From: Oceanispirochaeta sp.
GTDB lineage: Bacteria > Spirochaetota > Spirochaetia > DSM-2461
Assembly: GCA_963666275.2 (NCBI GenBank)
Contig: CAXXOA010000001.1
Span: forward strand, 2,016,001 to 2,080,000
DNA: 64,000 bases
Direction: 5' to 3'
Made by a program: the position numbers and the translations under genes
Notes under the pieces: model-generated
The model's input: only the letters and a program-made list of their open reading frames with translations
Database searches by the model: none
Told to the model about the DNA's origin: nothing
Shown: positions 1-10,350 of the stretch, one piece after another
Position numbering within the stretch: the first letter of the stretch is position 1
Layout: each line of letters starts with the position of its first letter

Positions 1-1
1 T

Positions 2-1564
2 GAAGATCTTATCGGAAATGTCAATATAGGCAACAGGGATTACTTCCTTGCTGCAATGAAAGGCAGCAGCGCAGCGGGTGAAATCACAATAAGTAAAGTG
101 ACTGGAAACCCTGTGATCGGCGTGGCGGCACCTATTGTGGTAGAAGGAACTATCAGGGGAACTTGTTTTGTAGTTATCGACCAGACAAAGTTCAATACCG
201 ACTATATAGACCCTGTAAAGATAGGTAATGAAGGTTTTGCCATGATGGTAGATGGAAAGGGAAATATCATCGCCTATCCTGATAAGTCCGAGATTCTCAA
301 TTCCAATACCTATGACTATGATTTCGGCAGAGAAATGATGAGCCTTGAAAAGGGTGTAATGGAATACATTTTCAATGGGAATTCCAGAACATCTTCTGTT
401 ATCACCAGCAGTCGGTCAGACTGGAAAATTATTGTCACAGCAGAGAATGATGATATTTACGCAGGGGTTAACAACCTTCTGAAATTGAGCATACTCATCA
501 CCATTTTCGTTTTTATCATAGGAGTGGCCATCATAGTTTTTCTATCCAAATCCATTGTAAAACCAATCAGAATAAACAGCGAATATGCGGAAAAGCTGGC
601 AGACGGAGATCTGACTTTCGACTTTAATCAGGACCTTTTAAAAAATAGAGACGAATCTGGAGATCTGGCAAAATCCTTCTATAAAGTTATTGAAAAACTC
701 AGGACTGTTGTCTTCGATGTTCGAAGTGCCTCTGAACAGGTCGGACAGGGAAGCCAGCAGCTTGCAAATACTTCAGAGGAGATCTCTCAGGGAGCAAGCG
801 AACAGGCTTCTACCTCTGAAGAAGTCTCTTCTGCAATGGAACAGATGAGTTCCACTATTGCTCAGAATTCAGAAAATGCCACGCTGACAGCTCAGATAGC
901 AACCAAGGTAGCCGAAGATGCGGAAGACGGCGGAAAGGCTGTCCAGGAGGCTGTAGATGCTATGGTTCAGATAACCGAGAAGATCGCAGTCATAGAAGAT
1001 ATTTCCAGAAATACAAACCTGCTCTCTCTGAATGCCGCGATCGAAGCGGCAAGGGCCGGAGAGCATGGCAAAGGCTTTGCAGTCGTCGCCGGAGAAGTGA
1101 AGAAACTGGCAGTCAGCAGTCAATCCGCTGCCAAAGAGATACAGGAACTGGCAAAAATAAGTTCCCAGAAAGCGGATAATGCGGGCAGGAAAATCAAGGC
1201 CATTATTCCGGATGTAAAAAAGACTGCTGATCTGGTGAAGGAAATCCTGGAATCCAGCCTGGAACAGAGTACAGGAGCTGATCAGGTTAATAAAATGATG
1301 CTTCAGCTGGATACTGTCATTCAGGGCAATGCCTCCGCAGCTGAGGAATCCGCATCCATGTCGGAAGAGTTGTCAGGTCAGTCGGAGAAACTGATTGAAA
1401 TGATCCGTTTCTTCAAAGTGAACAACATCCATGAAGATCAGAAACTCTTAGCCCAAACGGATGAGAACCCTCTTCATACCGTAGCGAGAGTGTCGCCTGT
1501 TAGAGTGAAGAATACTCTACCCATGGTGGATGATGATCTGGCTAGCGGATTTGAGGAATATTAA
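2..1564 (+). CDS. Methyl-accepting chemotaxis protein (Cache, TM, HAMP, MCP signal domains); 5' end outside window
   Basis: Frame is open from position 2 ([15 protein letters not shown]...). Contains a TM helix, a HAMP domain, the signature [29 protein letters not shown] and the C-terminal pentapeptide-like GFEEY. Confidence 0.95.
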   Translation, partial: EDLIGNVNIGNRDYFLAAMKGSSAAGEITISKVTGNPVIGVAAPIVVEGTIRGTCFVVIDQTKFNTDYIDPVKIGNEGFAMMVDGKGNIIAYPDKSEILNSNTYDYDFGREMMSLEKGVMEYIFNGNSRTSSVITSSRSDWKIIVTAENDDIYAGVNNLLKLSILITIFVFIIGVAIIVFLSKSIVKPIRINSEYAEKLADGDLTFDFNQDLLKNRDESGDLAKSFYKVIEKLRTVVFDVRSASEQVGQGSQQLANTSEEISQGASEQASTSEEVSSAMEQMSSTIAQNSENATLTAQIATKVAEDAEDGGKAVQEAVDAMVQITEKIAVIEDISRNTNLLSLNAAIEAARAGEHGKGFAVVAGEVKKLAVSSQSAAKEIQELAKISSQKADNAGRKIKAIIPDVKKTADLVKEILESSLEQSTGADQVNKMMLQLDTVIQGNASAAEESASMSEELSGQSEKLIEMIRFFKVNNIHEDQKLLAQTDENPLHTVARVSPVRVKNTLPMVDDDLASGFEEY

Positions 1565-1573
1565 AAGATTTTC

Positions 1574-1619
1574 AAGCCCGTATCCTAGAGATTTCCAGGA
1601 TACGGGTTTTCTTTCTTTT
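1574..1619 (+). terminator. Intrinsic terminator after the MCP gene
   Basis: AAGCCCGTATCCT...AGGATACGGGTTT hairpin followed by a T-rich tract. Confidence 0.8.
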
Positions 1620-1742
1620 CTGTATAATCTCAGAAATTTTCTTGTATCAATTCCCTTCAGATATATCCAGTTTTGACATTCCCTTACCAGGATTTTATAT
1701 AAAAACATCAGATTTAATGAGTTAAAAAATAGACTTGAGTCA

Positions 1743-1790
1743 GAATAAAAAAAAGACCATATCTGAAGGACATGGTCTTTTTTTCTATTC
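1743..1790. terminator. Bidirectional intrinsic terminator ending the che operon
   Basis: A-tract-GACCAT...ATGGTC-T-tract inverted repeat. Confidence 0.8.
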
Positions 1791-1896
1791 AACTTTTTGA
1801 AACGGATTCTTTCCGCAACTATTCTCTATAGATTCTCTTTGCTGATTCTGCTATACGGAGAGCGTTTCTCAAATAAAATTCATCTTGATCAGATTA

Positions 1897-2331
1897 TTAT
1901 TTGATAGCGCTGATAACCCGTTCCAGAACTTTTTTACGATCCAGCGGCTTAACAATATAATTTTTTGCTCCCAGAAGCAGCGATTTCTTTACTAGATCCT
2001 GTTTTCCCAGTGCACTGACCATAACAACACAGGCTTCTTTATCAAATTCAATAATTTTTTCAAGAGCCGTTACACCATCCATTCTGGGCATAGTTATGTC
2101 CATGGTTACAAGATCAACATCAGGATAGATTTCTTTGTATTTTTCAACGCCTTCAGCACCATCTGCAGCGGTACCGACAATATCGAAACCCTCTGATGAA
2201 AGAATCTGACTGATCTGCTTTGTAACAAACATTGAGTCATCCACGATTAAAACACGCAGTGCTTTTCCATCGTTTGTCAAACCTTCTGGTGTCCTCTCGT
2301 TAATGGAAGGAAAATCGCTGGTTGTTTTCAT
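1897..2331 (-). CDS. cheY: Chemotaxis response regulator CheY
   Basis: Single REC domain (VDDS, TMDITMP, VKP) following cheX. Confidence 0.93.
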   Translation of the reverse strand: MKTTSDFPSINERTPEGLTNDGKALRVLIVDDSMFVTKQISQILSSEGFDIVGTAADGAEGVEKYKEIYPDVDLVTMDITMPRMDGVTALEKIIEFDKEACVVMVSALGKQDLVKKSLLLGAKNYIVKPLDRKKVLERVISAIK

Positions 2332-2332
2332 A

Positions 2333-2803
2333 TCAAGCTCCTACTCTTTCTCTTATTGCAACATTGATTTCAACTTTACCATGCGGCAATCCAAGGGGGA
2401 CTATCAATGCTTCAACATTCATATCCGAGACCTGCATATTTTCACCTGTTATGATGGCAGGAGGAGTCAAATCAAACTTAAATCCCAGATCATGCAATTT
2501 TGTTACAGCCTGAGCAGTAATCATATTGGCAAGTTCGGTGATCGTCGCTTTTACCAACTCATCCATGGTAGTCAACTCTTCCCCATTCATGGTTGAAGCG
2601 ACTTTTATGGCAGTTTCATTGGACATATCAATAAGAACACGTCCTTCAACATCTCCAGCTAACCCAACAATAGCAGCGACACCCAAAACTGGTTGAGTAG
2701 ACTTTTTCAGATACAACTCATCTCTATTAATTTCTGCTTGCAGAACTTCTTTCATTATATTGAAAGCTGATTCTACAAAAGGATTAATATACTCGACTCT
2801 CAT
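2333..2803 (-). CDS. cheX: CheY-P phosphatase CheX
   Basis: MRVEYINPFVES N-terminus and ELANMI motif; che operon context. Confidence 0.93.
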   Translation of the reverse strand: MRVEYINPFVESAFNIMKEVLQAEINRDELYLKKSTQPVLGVAAIVGLAGDVEGRVLIDMSNETAIKVASTMNGEELTTMDELVKATITELANMITAQAVTKLHDLGFKFDLTPPAIITGENMQVSDMNVEALIVPLGLPHGKVEINVAIRERVGA

Positions 2804-2854
2804 GCAGCAACTCCTAATCTTCCTTTTATTATATACTATTTCAATCAGACTTTT

Positions 2855-4189
2855 TTATTTTTTTTTATATAATTTCAAACCTTTACTTTCAATAACATCC
2901 CATCGACTTTCATTGAAAGGAACTTCGTTATGCCCGACAATCAGTACTCCGCCCGGTTTAAGGGCATTGTAGATATTATCAAGGATTCTCACCTGCATGG
3001 CTTCTTCCATGAAACTCAGTGTATCACGGCAAACCGCAAGATCCAGTCTGGGCAGGGCGGTATCATTCTGAAGATCATGATATTCAAAGATAACACTGTC
3101 TTTTATCTCCTGATTGAATTGATAACCCTGAGAAGCAGATACCAGGTAGGGATCAAAAAGGGCAGATGTCTTTGATTTATCAATGATCAGTCCGGGAGCT
3201 GATGAAATATTTATCAAATCGTTATCATTTCCCTGAACTTTCAGTATGATATCAGGATTTTTCCTTTTGAGAAGGACTGCCAGGGAATAGGTTTCATATC
3301 CTCTGCCGCATCCGGGATTCCATACAAAGACATTTCCTGATTTATCAGAAAGAGCGGAACTGACGGCATTGAGATATTCATCACCCCACAGTTCACCGGT
3401 GTAGGGAGAATAGAAGCCCCGCAGATAACTGGCGGCGTCATCTCTGTTTTCAAGCTGCAGTTTATTGGTACCGCGTTCTTTTTTCCAGCTTTCAAACCGC
3501 TCTTTTATCCAATCTTTATTCAGTCCCGAAGGATGGAAACCGGCATATCCGGGTAGAGTTTCTTCAATGAAACCCAGATTGAGATCCCTGTCAGTATCTC
3601 CGGAGCGGATCGCCCCAGCGTCAAATGTTGTGTCTTCCGAAGTGGAAACAGGAGACATAACAGGAGTATCCTGAGAAACAGCCGCAACAGTATCACTGCT
3701 GCTTTCCATATTAAAAATCTTTTCTGCATCCAGGATTATATACAGACTGTTATCGTTCTCAACAACACTGTCTATGTACTTGATATTGATATCTCCGAAA
3801 AGAGGATGAGGCGGCTGCTTTCTGGAAGAATCTATGCCAATGACTTTTTCTATAGTATCCACGAGAATACCAATGGTATGGTCTTCCAGTCTGAGAATAA
3901 TCATATTCTCAAATTTTTTGTTATTATCCTCTACGGGAAGATTGAAAAAGATTCTCAGGTCAATAACTGAGATAATATCTCCTCGCATATTGTATACACC
4001 TTTCACAAAAGGTGCCGAATTGGGTACGAAAGTAAATTTTTCCGCTTTATGAATCTCTTTCACTTTCATAATATCAATACCGTAATCTTTTCCGGCCAAA
4101 GTGAAAGTGACCATTTTAAAGTCAATTTTGCTTACCTGAGCTTCATTGAGATCTTCAGTATTACTTTTTGTTTCAGTATTCACATTCAT
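2855..4189 (-). CDS. cheW: CheW fused to a CheR-like methyltransferase domain (spirochaete CheW3 type)
   Basis: N-terminal CheW (VTFTLAGKDYGIDI, GVYNMRGDIISVIDLR). C-terminal CheR-like motifs (VWNPGCGRGYETYSLA, LKPGGVLIVG). Confidence 0.88.
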   Translation of the reverse strand: MNVNTETKSNTEDLNEAQVSKIDFKMVTFTLAGKDYGIDIMKVKEIHKAEKFTFVPNSAPFVKGVYNMRGDIISVIDLRIFFNLPVEDNNKKFENMIILRLEDHTIGILVDTIEKVIGIDSSRKQPPHPLFGDINIKYIDSVVENDNSLYIILDAEKIFNMESSSDTVAAVSQDTPVMSPVSTSEDTTFDAGAIRSGDTDRDLNLGFIEETLPGYAGFHPSGLNKDWIKERFESWKKERGTNKLQLENRDDAASYLRGFYSPYTGELWGDEYLNAVSSALSDKSGNVFVWNPGCGRGYETYSLAVLLKRKNPDIILKVQGNDNDLINISSAPGLIIDKSKTSALFDPYLVSASQGYQFNQEIKDSVIFEYHDLQNDTALPRLDLAVCRDTLSFMEEAMQVRILDNIYNALKPGGVLIVGHNEVPFNESRWDVIESKGLKLYKKK

Positions 4190-4199
4190 CAGCGGGTCC

Positions 4200-6595
4200 T
4201 TAATATTTATGTGATCTTCTCAGTCGTGAAGCCTGTTCTTTCTGAATACAGAGATCCAGAAGCTGACTTACATCAATAATCAATGAGACCGTACCGTCTC
4301 CCAGGATGGTGGCGCCGGCAATACCCGGAGAATTGGTATACTTATCCTTGAGAGGTTTGATTACCACATCTTCTTCTCCAATAAGAGAGTCTACCATAAC
4401 ACCCATTTTTTTGTCTCCGCTGCCGACGATTACAACAAAATTGTAATCACCTGCCTCATCCGTATCAAGACGGAACAGCCTGTTCAGACGGACAAGGGAA
4501 ATAACATCATCTCTGACATTAAAAACTTCATGGTTGTCTATTATGTTGATATCCTGGGGTTTTATTCTGTGACTTTCGATAACACTTGTAATGGGAATAG
4601 CATAGACCTCTGTGCCAACCCTTACAAGCAGTCCCTGAATAATCGCCAGAGTCAGAGGCAGTTTGATGATGAATTTGGTTCCTTTTCCCATGGAGGACTG
4701 AACAGTTACAGATCCATTGAGCTTCTCCATCTCCTTCCGAACCACATCCAGTCCAACCCCTCTGCCGGAAATATTTGTGATTTCCTGGGCTGTAGAAAAG
4801 CCGGGTTCAAAAATCAGATTGAAAGCTTCCACATCGGAAAGATTTTTACTGGGATGAATGATGCCCCGGTCGATGGCCTTCTTCTTTACAGCGTCCACAC
4901 TGATTCCCGCACCGTCATCGGCAATCTCAATGACAATCATATTGCCTTCATTACTGGCCTTAAGCAGGATCTGCCCCTCTTCCGGTTTTCCTGCGGCGAC
5001 TCTGTCCGCAGGACTTTCTATACCATGATCCAGAGAGTTCCTGACACAGTGCATCAGAGGATCAGAGGATCAAGAAGTTCTTCAATAACGGATTTATCGA
5101 GTTCTGTATCTTCACCCTCAATGGTTAATTTAATCTTTTTATTCAGAGATTTTGACAGATCCCTTACCAATCGGGGAAAGCGGGAAAAAATCTGATTAAT
5201 GGGAACCATCCTGATTCGCAGAATCGCTTCATGGAGGTCTCCTGTATTCCGGCCCAGATTGGCTGCTGTACTTTTGAATGTCCCTACAGTCTGTTTAAAA
5301 TTATTTTCAAAGGTATCAAAAATATTAAAAAGATCTTCATATTTCTCATTGATCTCTTTTTTGATTGCCTTTACAGACATATCCTGCTGAATGTCTTCCA
5401 GGTACTTGGGGAGATCATCAAAAAGATTTTTTAATTTTTCCTTGAAAATATTCTCAGTATTCTGAAGTTCAGTCTGTATATCCATGAACTGATTGCTGAT
5501 CTGGTTGAATGTGGCTTTATTTATAACCGCTTCACTGACAAGATTGAGAAGATTATCAATCCTCTTGCTGTCCACTCTCAGAATGGATCCTCCGGAATCT
5601 TTCTGTTTTGCCTTGGCAGGAGACTGATTCCGGGAAACCTCTTTCTGCACCTCTTCCATCTTGGCCTTCTCTTCCTGAGGAGCCTCTTCCGGTACAGGAG
5701 TTTTTGCAACAGGCTGAGGAGCCTGTACGGGTGGAGCCTGTTTTACAGGTTCAGGAACAGGAGCCGGTTCTGCAGGAACGGACTGTTTAGGCTGAACAGA
5801 AGCAGCTTCCGGAGCCTCTCCCAGAAGAGACACGGAAGTGCCGTTGGTTACATCATCTATAAAGGCAGCTTTTTCCAATTCTGCTGCGGTTTTTCCTGAT
5901 GAAACAAAGTAGGAAACCACAGGAAAAAACTGATCTTCGTAGAGTTTATCAAATTCCGGTATAGTTTTCAGTACGGATCCCAGAGTTTTCAATTTTGCGT
6001 AAACCTGGATTCCGCCGACGCTGTTCATGGGATTATCTTCATCAAAGGTGACATTTACCTGAAAAACAGGTTCACCGCCAGACGCTTCCTTGAGTTCCAG
6101 GATTTCATACTCAGTCAGTGCGTCTGAAGTATCTGCCTCAACCGGAGCAGAGGGTTTAGCCGCAGCTTTGGCGGACGCAGGAGCAGGTGCAGGACCTTTC
6201 CCGGAGGCAAGACCAGCTAAGCGGCCTTTCAAATCAGAAATGTCTCCGTCATGGATGCCTCCATCCATTCTCGCATTCAGCATTTCTTTGATAACATCAA
6301 TTGAAGCAAGCAGCGTATCGACTGTGGCCTCATTAACTTTTATATTTTCACTGCGGATTTCATCAAGGAGATCTTCAACCAAATGAGTAAACTCAGCCAG
6401 TTCTGTCATCTGAACAGTTGCGGCTCCCCCCTTCAGGGTATGGGCAGCTCTGAAAATTTCATCTATTGCATCGTGATCTTCGGGATTATCTTCGATAGCC
6501 AGAATATTCTGTTCTAGAATTTCTACCTGTGAAGTAGCTTCAGCAAAAAAATCTTTTAATAATTCTTCATTATTAGGATCAAGATAGTCACTCAT
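4200..6595 (-). pseudogene. cheA: Chemotaxis histidine kinase CheA, frameshifted into ORFs 5054-6595 and 4200-5054
   Basis: Hpt motif AHTLKGG, P2, RVDSKRIDNLL, HATPase boxes and CheW domain are all present. ATCAGAGG is duplicated at 5053-5068; removing one copy restores LLDPLMHCVRNSLDHG. Confidence 0.9.
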
Positions 6596-6818
6596 ATAAG
6601 GTTTACTCTCTTATTCTGGTAAGAATTTTATATGTTTTATAATAGTTTATATTTCTATGAAATACAAAGTCAAATAATAATACTATTAAAAAAGTTAGGA
6701 TGTAAATCAAATTTCCTTAAATATATATAGTTTACAAAAAGAATAAGGCCAAGTATGCGATTTTATCTAATATGAAGGGCTTTAAAGTACGAAGATTAAA
6801 CTATAGCTGGAGATAGAA

Positions 6819-7673
6819 ATGAAGCACAGATTGATACAGATAGGCCTTATATGTTTATTTATCTTCCCTGCCCTGTCAGGAGAAGAAGCGGGATTTTCAT
6901 CCTATTTCGGTACCTACGGACTGGGAAATTACAGTTCCGGCAGTACAGAGTATAAAGACTCATTTCAGTGGGGAGGAAATCTGTATTTTCAGGAAAGCGG
7001 CCTGAACGAAACGGGATTCGGCTACCGCTTGGAACTGGACTCAGACCCGATCCTTAAAACACGCTACATATCTTCTGTTCAAATTCAAAAGCCCTATTAC
7101 ACTATAGGTTTCGGGCCAGTTTTCGGTTTACTGAATCAGGGATGGACTTTAATTAAGCCAGGCTTCACCGGAGACTTTACAGCACAATATCCGGGGATTG
7201 CATTCTTCGGATTCGGAGGGGATTTGATTCCCGCAAGATCGACTCTTCTTGAAAAGGATTATTCCACTTATTCAAGTTACTTCACGATTGGTTTTTATGT
7301 GCTTAAGGATCATATTCTCTGTTACTTCACTCAAAAACGTGATCAGTATACAGAAACAGTGGATTCTGAAGTATCTATTGAAGGCAGCACTTCCTATCTA
7401 TTTTATTCAGAGTTCTATGAAAAGAATTCCTTTCTGAAAATAAAAACGACGATGGGTTATGAAATACAGGATAAAATATTGGAAACTGCTGAGGAGATTC
7501 AGCTGAAATCTATCATATTCGGTCTGAATTTTGATTTTACCATAGGCGGAAACAGTTCAGTTTATGCCAGCATTGATAACATTATCTATCCCATTGCATC
7601 GGGAGATCTTGAATTGAGCGGTGTTCCCGAATATCTCTACACATTTACAACAGGTTTCAGATGGTACAGATAA
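6819..7673 (+). CDS. Hypothetical exported protein, possible outer-membrane beta-barrel
   Basis: GGAG RBS, signal peptide, aromatic/Gly-rich alternating strands, C-terminus FTTGFRWYR. Confidence 0.6.
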   Translation: MKHRLIQIGLICLFIFPALSGEEAGFSSYFGTYGLGNYSSGSTEYKDSFQWGGNLYFQESGLNETGFGYRLELDSDPILKTRYISSVQIQKPYYTIGFGPVFGLLNQGWTLIKPGFTGDFTAQYPGIAFFGFGGDLIPARSTLLEKDYSTYSSYFTIGFYVLKDHILCYFTQKRDQYTETVDSEVSIEGSTSYLFYSEFYEKNSFLKIKTTMGYEIQDKILETAEEIQLKSIIFGLNFDFTIGGNSSVYASIDNIIYPIASGDLELSGVPEYLYTFTTGFRWYR

Positions 7674-7710
7674 AAAAAAGAGATCCCCTTTTTAGAGGAT
7701 CTCCTATTTA
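7672..7710 (-). terminator. Intrinsic terminator for flaA, possibly bidirectional
   Basis: A-tract plus GAGATCC...GGATCTC hairpin between convergent genes. Confidence 0.65.
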
Positions 7711-7752
7711 TATCAGAGCATTACGGCTCATTTCTTGTGTGTTAATTTGTTT

Positions 7753-8739
7753 TTATTCAGTAGCTGCATCAGCAGGAACTTCTTCTTCCTGATGCATTTT
7801 CTGGCTTTCCAGGTATCTGAGAACCTGAGCGTTACCGAGTCTTTTCAGCTCAGCGTTTCTTCTGGCTTCTTCTCTGTCAGAAAGGATATTCCATGTTGAT
7901 TCATGATCGATATCGGAATTGAGTTCATCAAGAACAGCCTGATCGTAAACCAGTGTAATGTCTTTGATGTAAGAGATGAAATCTCCACCTTCCTGCATGG
8001 CATCTCTATAGATATAAATACCGTCGAGAGTCAGTGAGGGCTGGCTTCTGGGATACAGAGGCGCTTTGCGGATTTCTCTGTTTCTTACTTCTGCAATGTA
8101 GTTGGGGTTTGTCCATTCCAGCTCTCTCCATCCGTCGAAATCGAGGTAGCTGAGGAAGATAGACTGTTTATTTTCGTTGGAATCACGGAAAATCAGACCC
8201 ATTCCCATGGGAAAGTTCATACCGTAAACACGAACTTTTACAGATTTGAGAACACCTACGTTTTTAACAACTCCGTAACCAGAGAACTGGTCGCCTCTTA
8301 CAGCATTCTCATCAACTGAGCTTGTTGCATATGCGGGAATTGAAAAAGGAGGCAGGATTGTAGCGTAAGCATTGAAGCTTGCTTCAGGAAAATGAACTCT
8401 GATACCCATGAGCTGATCACCTGCAGTCGCAAAGTTATTGACATCATTGTTAACGGGTACAGACAGAACGTAAGAGAGTGAATTATTCACTACAGTCTGA
8501 GAAGAAGAAGTCAGTTTTACTTCCCAGTTGGGGATGTAAAGTGAAGTCTGCATAGCAGCTTTTTCTTCATCAGTATACCGGGTACCGGCAACTGTACTGA
8601 AGTCCATTAAGGTGGCCTGGTTCTCTCCCTGATAGTCATCTACAAGGTCAGAAAAGTTAATCATAACTGTTTCTTCTGCAAATACTGAACCAGTCAGGGC
8701 AAACATAGCCAACAAAAAGAAAGTGAAGAACCGTTTCAT
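7753..8739 (-). CDS. flaA: Flagellar filament outer layer (sheath) protein FlaA
   Basis: Signal peptide; FlaA motifs GIRVHFP, GYGVVKNVGVLKS, FDGWRELEWTNPNYI; AGGAG RBS. Confidence 0.93.
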   Translation of the reverse strand: MKRFFTFFLLAMFALTGSVFAEETVMINFSDLVDDYQGENQATLMDFSTVAGTRYTDEEKAAMQTSLYIPNWEVKLTSSSQTVVNNSLSYVLSVPVNNDVNNFATAGDQLMGIRVHFPEASFNAYATILPPFSIPAYATSSVDENAVRGDQFSGYGVVKNVGVLKSVKVRVYGMNFPMGMGLIFRDSNENKQSIFLSYLDFDGWRELEWTNPNYIAEVRNREIRKAPLYPRSQPSLTLDGIYIYRDAMQEGGDFISYIKDITLVYDQAVLDELNSDIDHESTWNILSDREEARRNAELKRLGNAQVLRYLESQKMHQEEEVPADAATE

Positions 8740-8784
8740 TCATAGCTCCTTTCGGTACAAATTCATATTTATTTATAAATCAAA

Positions 8785-8812
8785 ATTATACAGATGCCGA
8801 TAGGTTTGTCAA
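8785..8812 (-). promoter_or_regulatory. Sigma70-type promoter of flaA
   Basis: Minus strand TTGACA-N16-TATAAT, with the -10 ending 45 bp upstream of the ATG. Confidence 0.75.
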
Positions 8813-8850
8813 CGAATTAAAATTTTTTTTTAAATATTGAGCCTCTGGAA

Positions 8851-9324
8851 TTACGAATCCAGAGAAAAGAATGGTGATTCAGGGATCTGACCATTAATAG
8901 TTATCACTATGTCCCTGATGAATCTGTAATTCAAAAAAACAGTCTTTTTAACAAGTTCTATTCTTTCCTTAAACGGCAGAGTCAGACCGGACTCCTGATC
9001 AAAAAAAGCTTCGGAGAAATCAAGATAAAGCGTATTTCCATCAAGGATATAGGACTGTATCTTTGTACCGGCAGGAACAACTCTTTCAAACTCAAGGACT
9101 GACGGCCCCAGGAGCAGTTCCCGTACTGTATGGACAATGCGGTTCTCTTTGTCTCTGTATTTGGATATGAGACGCATTTCCGCATTAATTCCTTTACCGT
9201 TATCCAGAGGAAAAAGGAAAACCTGCCTTTGACTGATAAATCCAGTATTCGCCATAACCGCGGCTGTAATAAAAAATAGGAGTATCAGGGATGCGGGGAG
9301 AAATCTAAGAACTTTTTTTACCAC
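8851..9324 (-). CDS. GerMN domain protein
   Basis: N-terminal TM helix; VRELLLGP, LYLDFS and VITING patterns. Confidence 0.75.
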   Translation of the reverse strand: MVKKVLRFLPASLILLFFITAAVMANTGFISQRQVFLFPLDNGKGINAEMRLISKYRDKENRIVHTVRELLLGPSVLEFERVVPAGTKIQSYILDGNTLYLDFSEAFFDQESGLTLPFKERIELVKKTVFLNYRFIRDIVITINGQIPESPFFSLDS

Positions 9325-9333
9325 TTTTTTCCT

Positions 9334-10350
9334 CTATTCTTCGAAAAAATTCACAAAATCTATGATGCCATTATAGATCCCTTCCGTCATTTTCTTCAAG
9401 TATGAGGGATCCCTGAGCCTCTCTGTTTCTTCTGAATTGGTTATAAATCCTGTTTCGATAAGAATGGAGGCCATCATGGCATTTCTGACGACAAACCAGG
9501 ATTCCTCTTTCAGTCCCCGGTTGGGTGTGTAGGAACTTATTTCCCGATTCATATTTTCTAGGATCGTTTCTGCCAGTTTTCTGCTCTCAAGGGTGAACTC
9601 CTCTTCCATGATGGTATTGAGTATGGGAAGAATCGCTTCATTGTCATCTGAATCATTCAGAACCTGTCTGCGAAAGGTTTCCGGAAGGTACCAGACCTCA
9701 AAACCGCTGGCATCCGGATTCAGACTGGCATTGGCATGGATGGAGATATACATGATCCCCTCCCCTTCCTCCAGAGTAAAATCATTGGCCTGCTTTACCC
9801 GGTTTTCAAGTGTCGGGTATATGTCCGTTCGCCGGGTCATCAGGATTTCCTTGCGGGGAAACTTCTTTTTAAGCATTTCCTCCAGCCTCAGGGAAACTTC
9901 CAGCACCAGATCCTTCTCTTTCAGTGGAAGTTCAATACCATCCACAGGGAAACGGCTGAAAGCTCCGGAATCTCTCCCGCCATGTCCGGGATCTATCAGG
10001 ATTCCCGCTATTCTGTAGGATCCTGCCGTATCAGAAGAGACAGGTTTTTCCAGTAGATGGGATTTTATGATAGAAGCCGCCTCTTCAGAAAAGGTGACTC
10101 TGTTGTTGGAATAGACAATAGATCCGGATGAAACAGTCTGATTATGATCAAGGATCATAAGGGGGTATTCTGTTGAGAAAACAACACTCCGGGATCCTCT
10201 GATCAGAATTCCCTTTTTCATGAGAGGATCCCAGAGACATCGGCTGTCAGTCTGATCCATAAGCGTCTCCAGACTGATAGGCTCTGAATAGAGAATAGAA
10301 ACGAGGAATAGAAAAATGGAAAGAACGGCTCTACTCTTCATTCTCTGCAC
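9334..10350 (-). CDS. N-acetylmuramoyl-L-alanine amidase (Amidase_3)
   Basis: IDPGHGGRD, EKD, ISIHANA, ILIETGF motifs; signal peptide. Confidence 0.92.
   Translation of the reverse strand: MQRMKSRAVLSIFLFLVSILYSEPISLETLMDQTDSRCLWDPLMKKGILIRGSRSVVFSTEYPLMILDHNQTVSSGSIVYSNNRVTFSEEAASIIKSHLLEKPVSSDTAGSYRIAGILIDPGHGGRDSGAFSRFPVDGIELPLKEKDLVLEVSLRLEEMLKKKFPRKEILMTRRTDIYPTLENRVKQANDFTLEEGEGIMYISIHANASLNPDASGFEVWYLPETFRRQVLNDSDDNEAILPILNTIMEEEFTLESRKLAETILENMNREISSYTPNRGLKEESWFVVRNAMMASILIETGFITNSEETERLRDPSYLKKMTEGIYNGIIDFVNFFEE

Noticed and set aside
1673..1701. TTGACA-N17-TATATA on the plus strand, suggesting an sRNA ending at the 1743-1790 terminator
   Set aside because: The -10 lacks the conserved final T, the region is AT-rich, and no structure or ORF supports it.
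8776..8803. Plus-strand TAAA-N16-GCCGATAG overlapping the flaA promoter
   Set aside because: It points away from flaA into the 3' end of an opposite-strand gene; may be chance, so not called.
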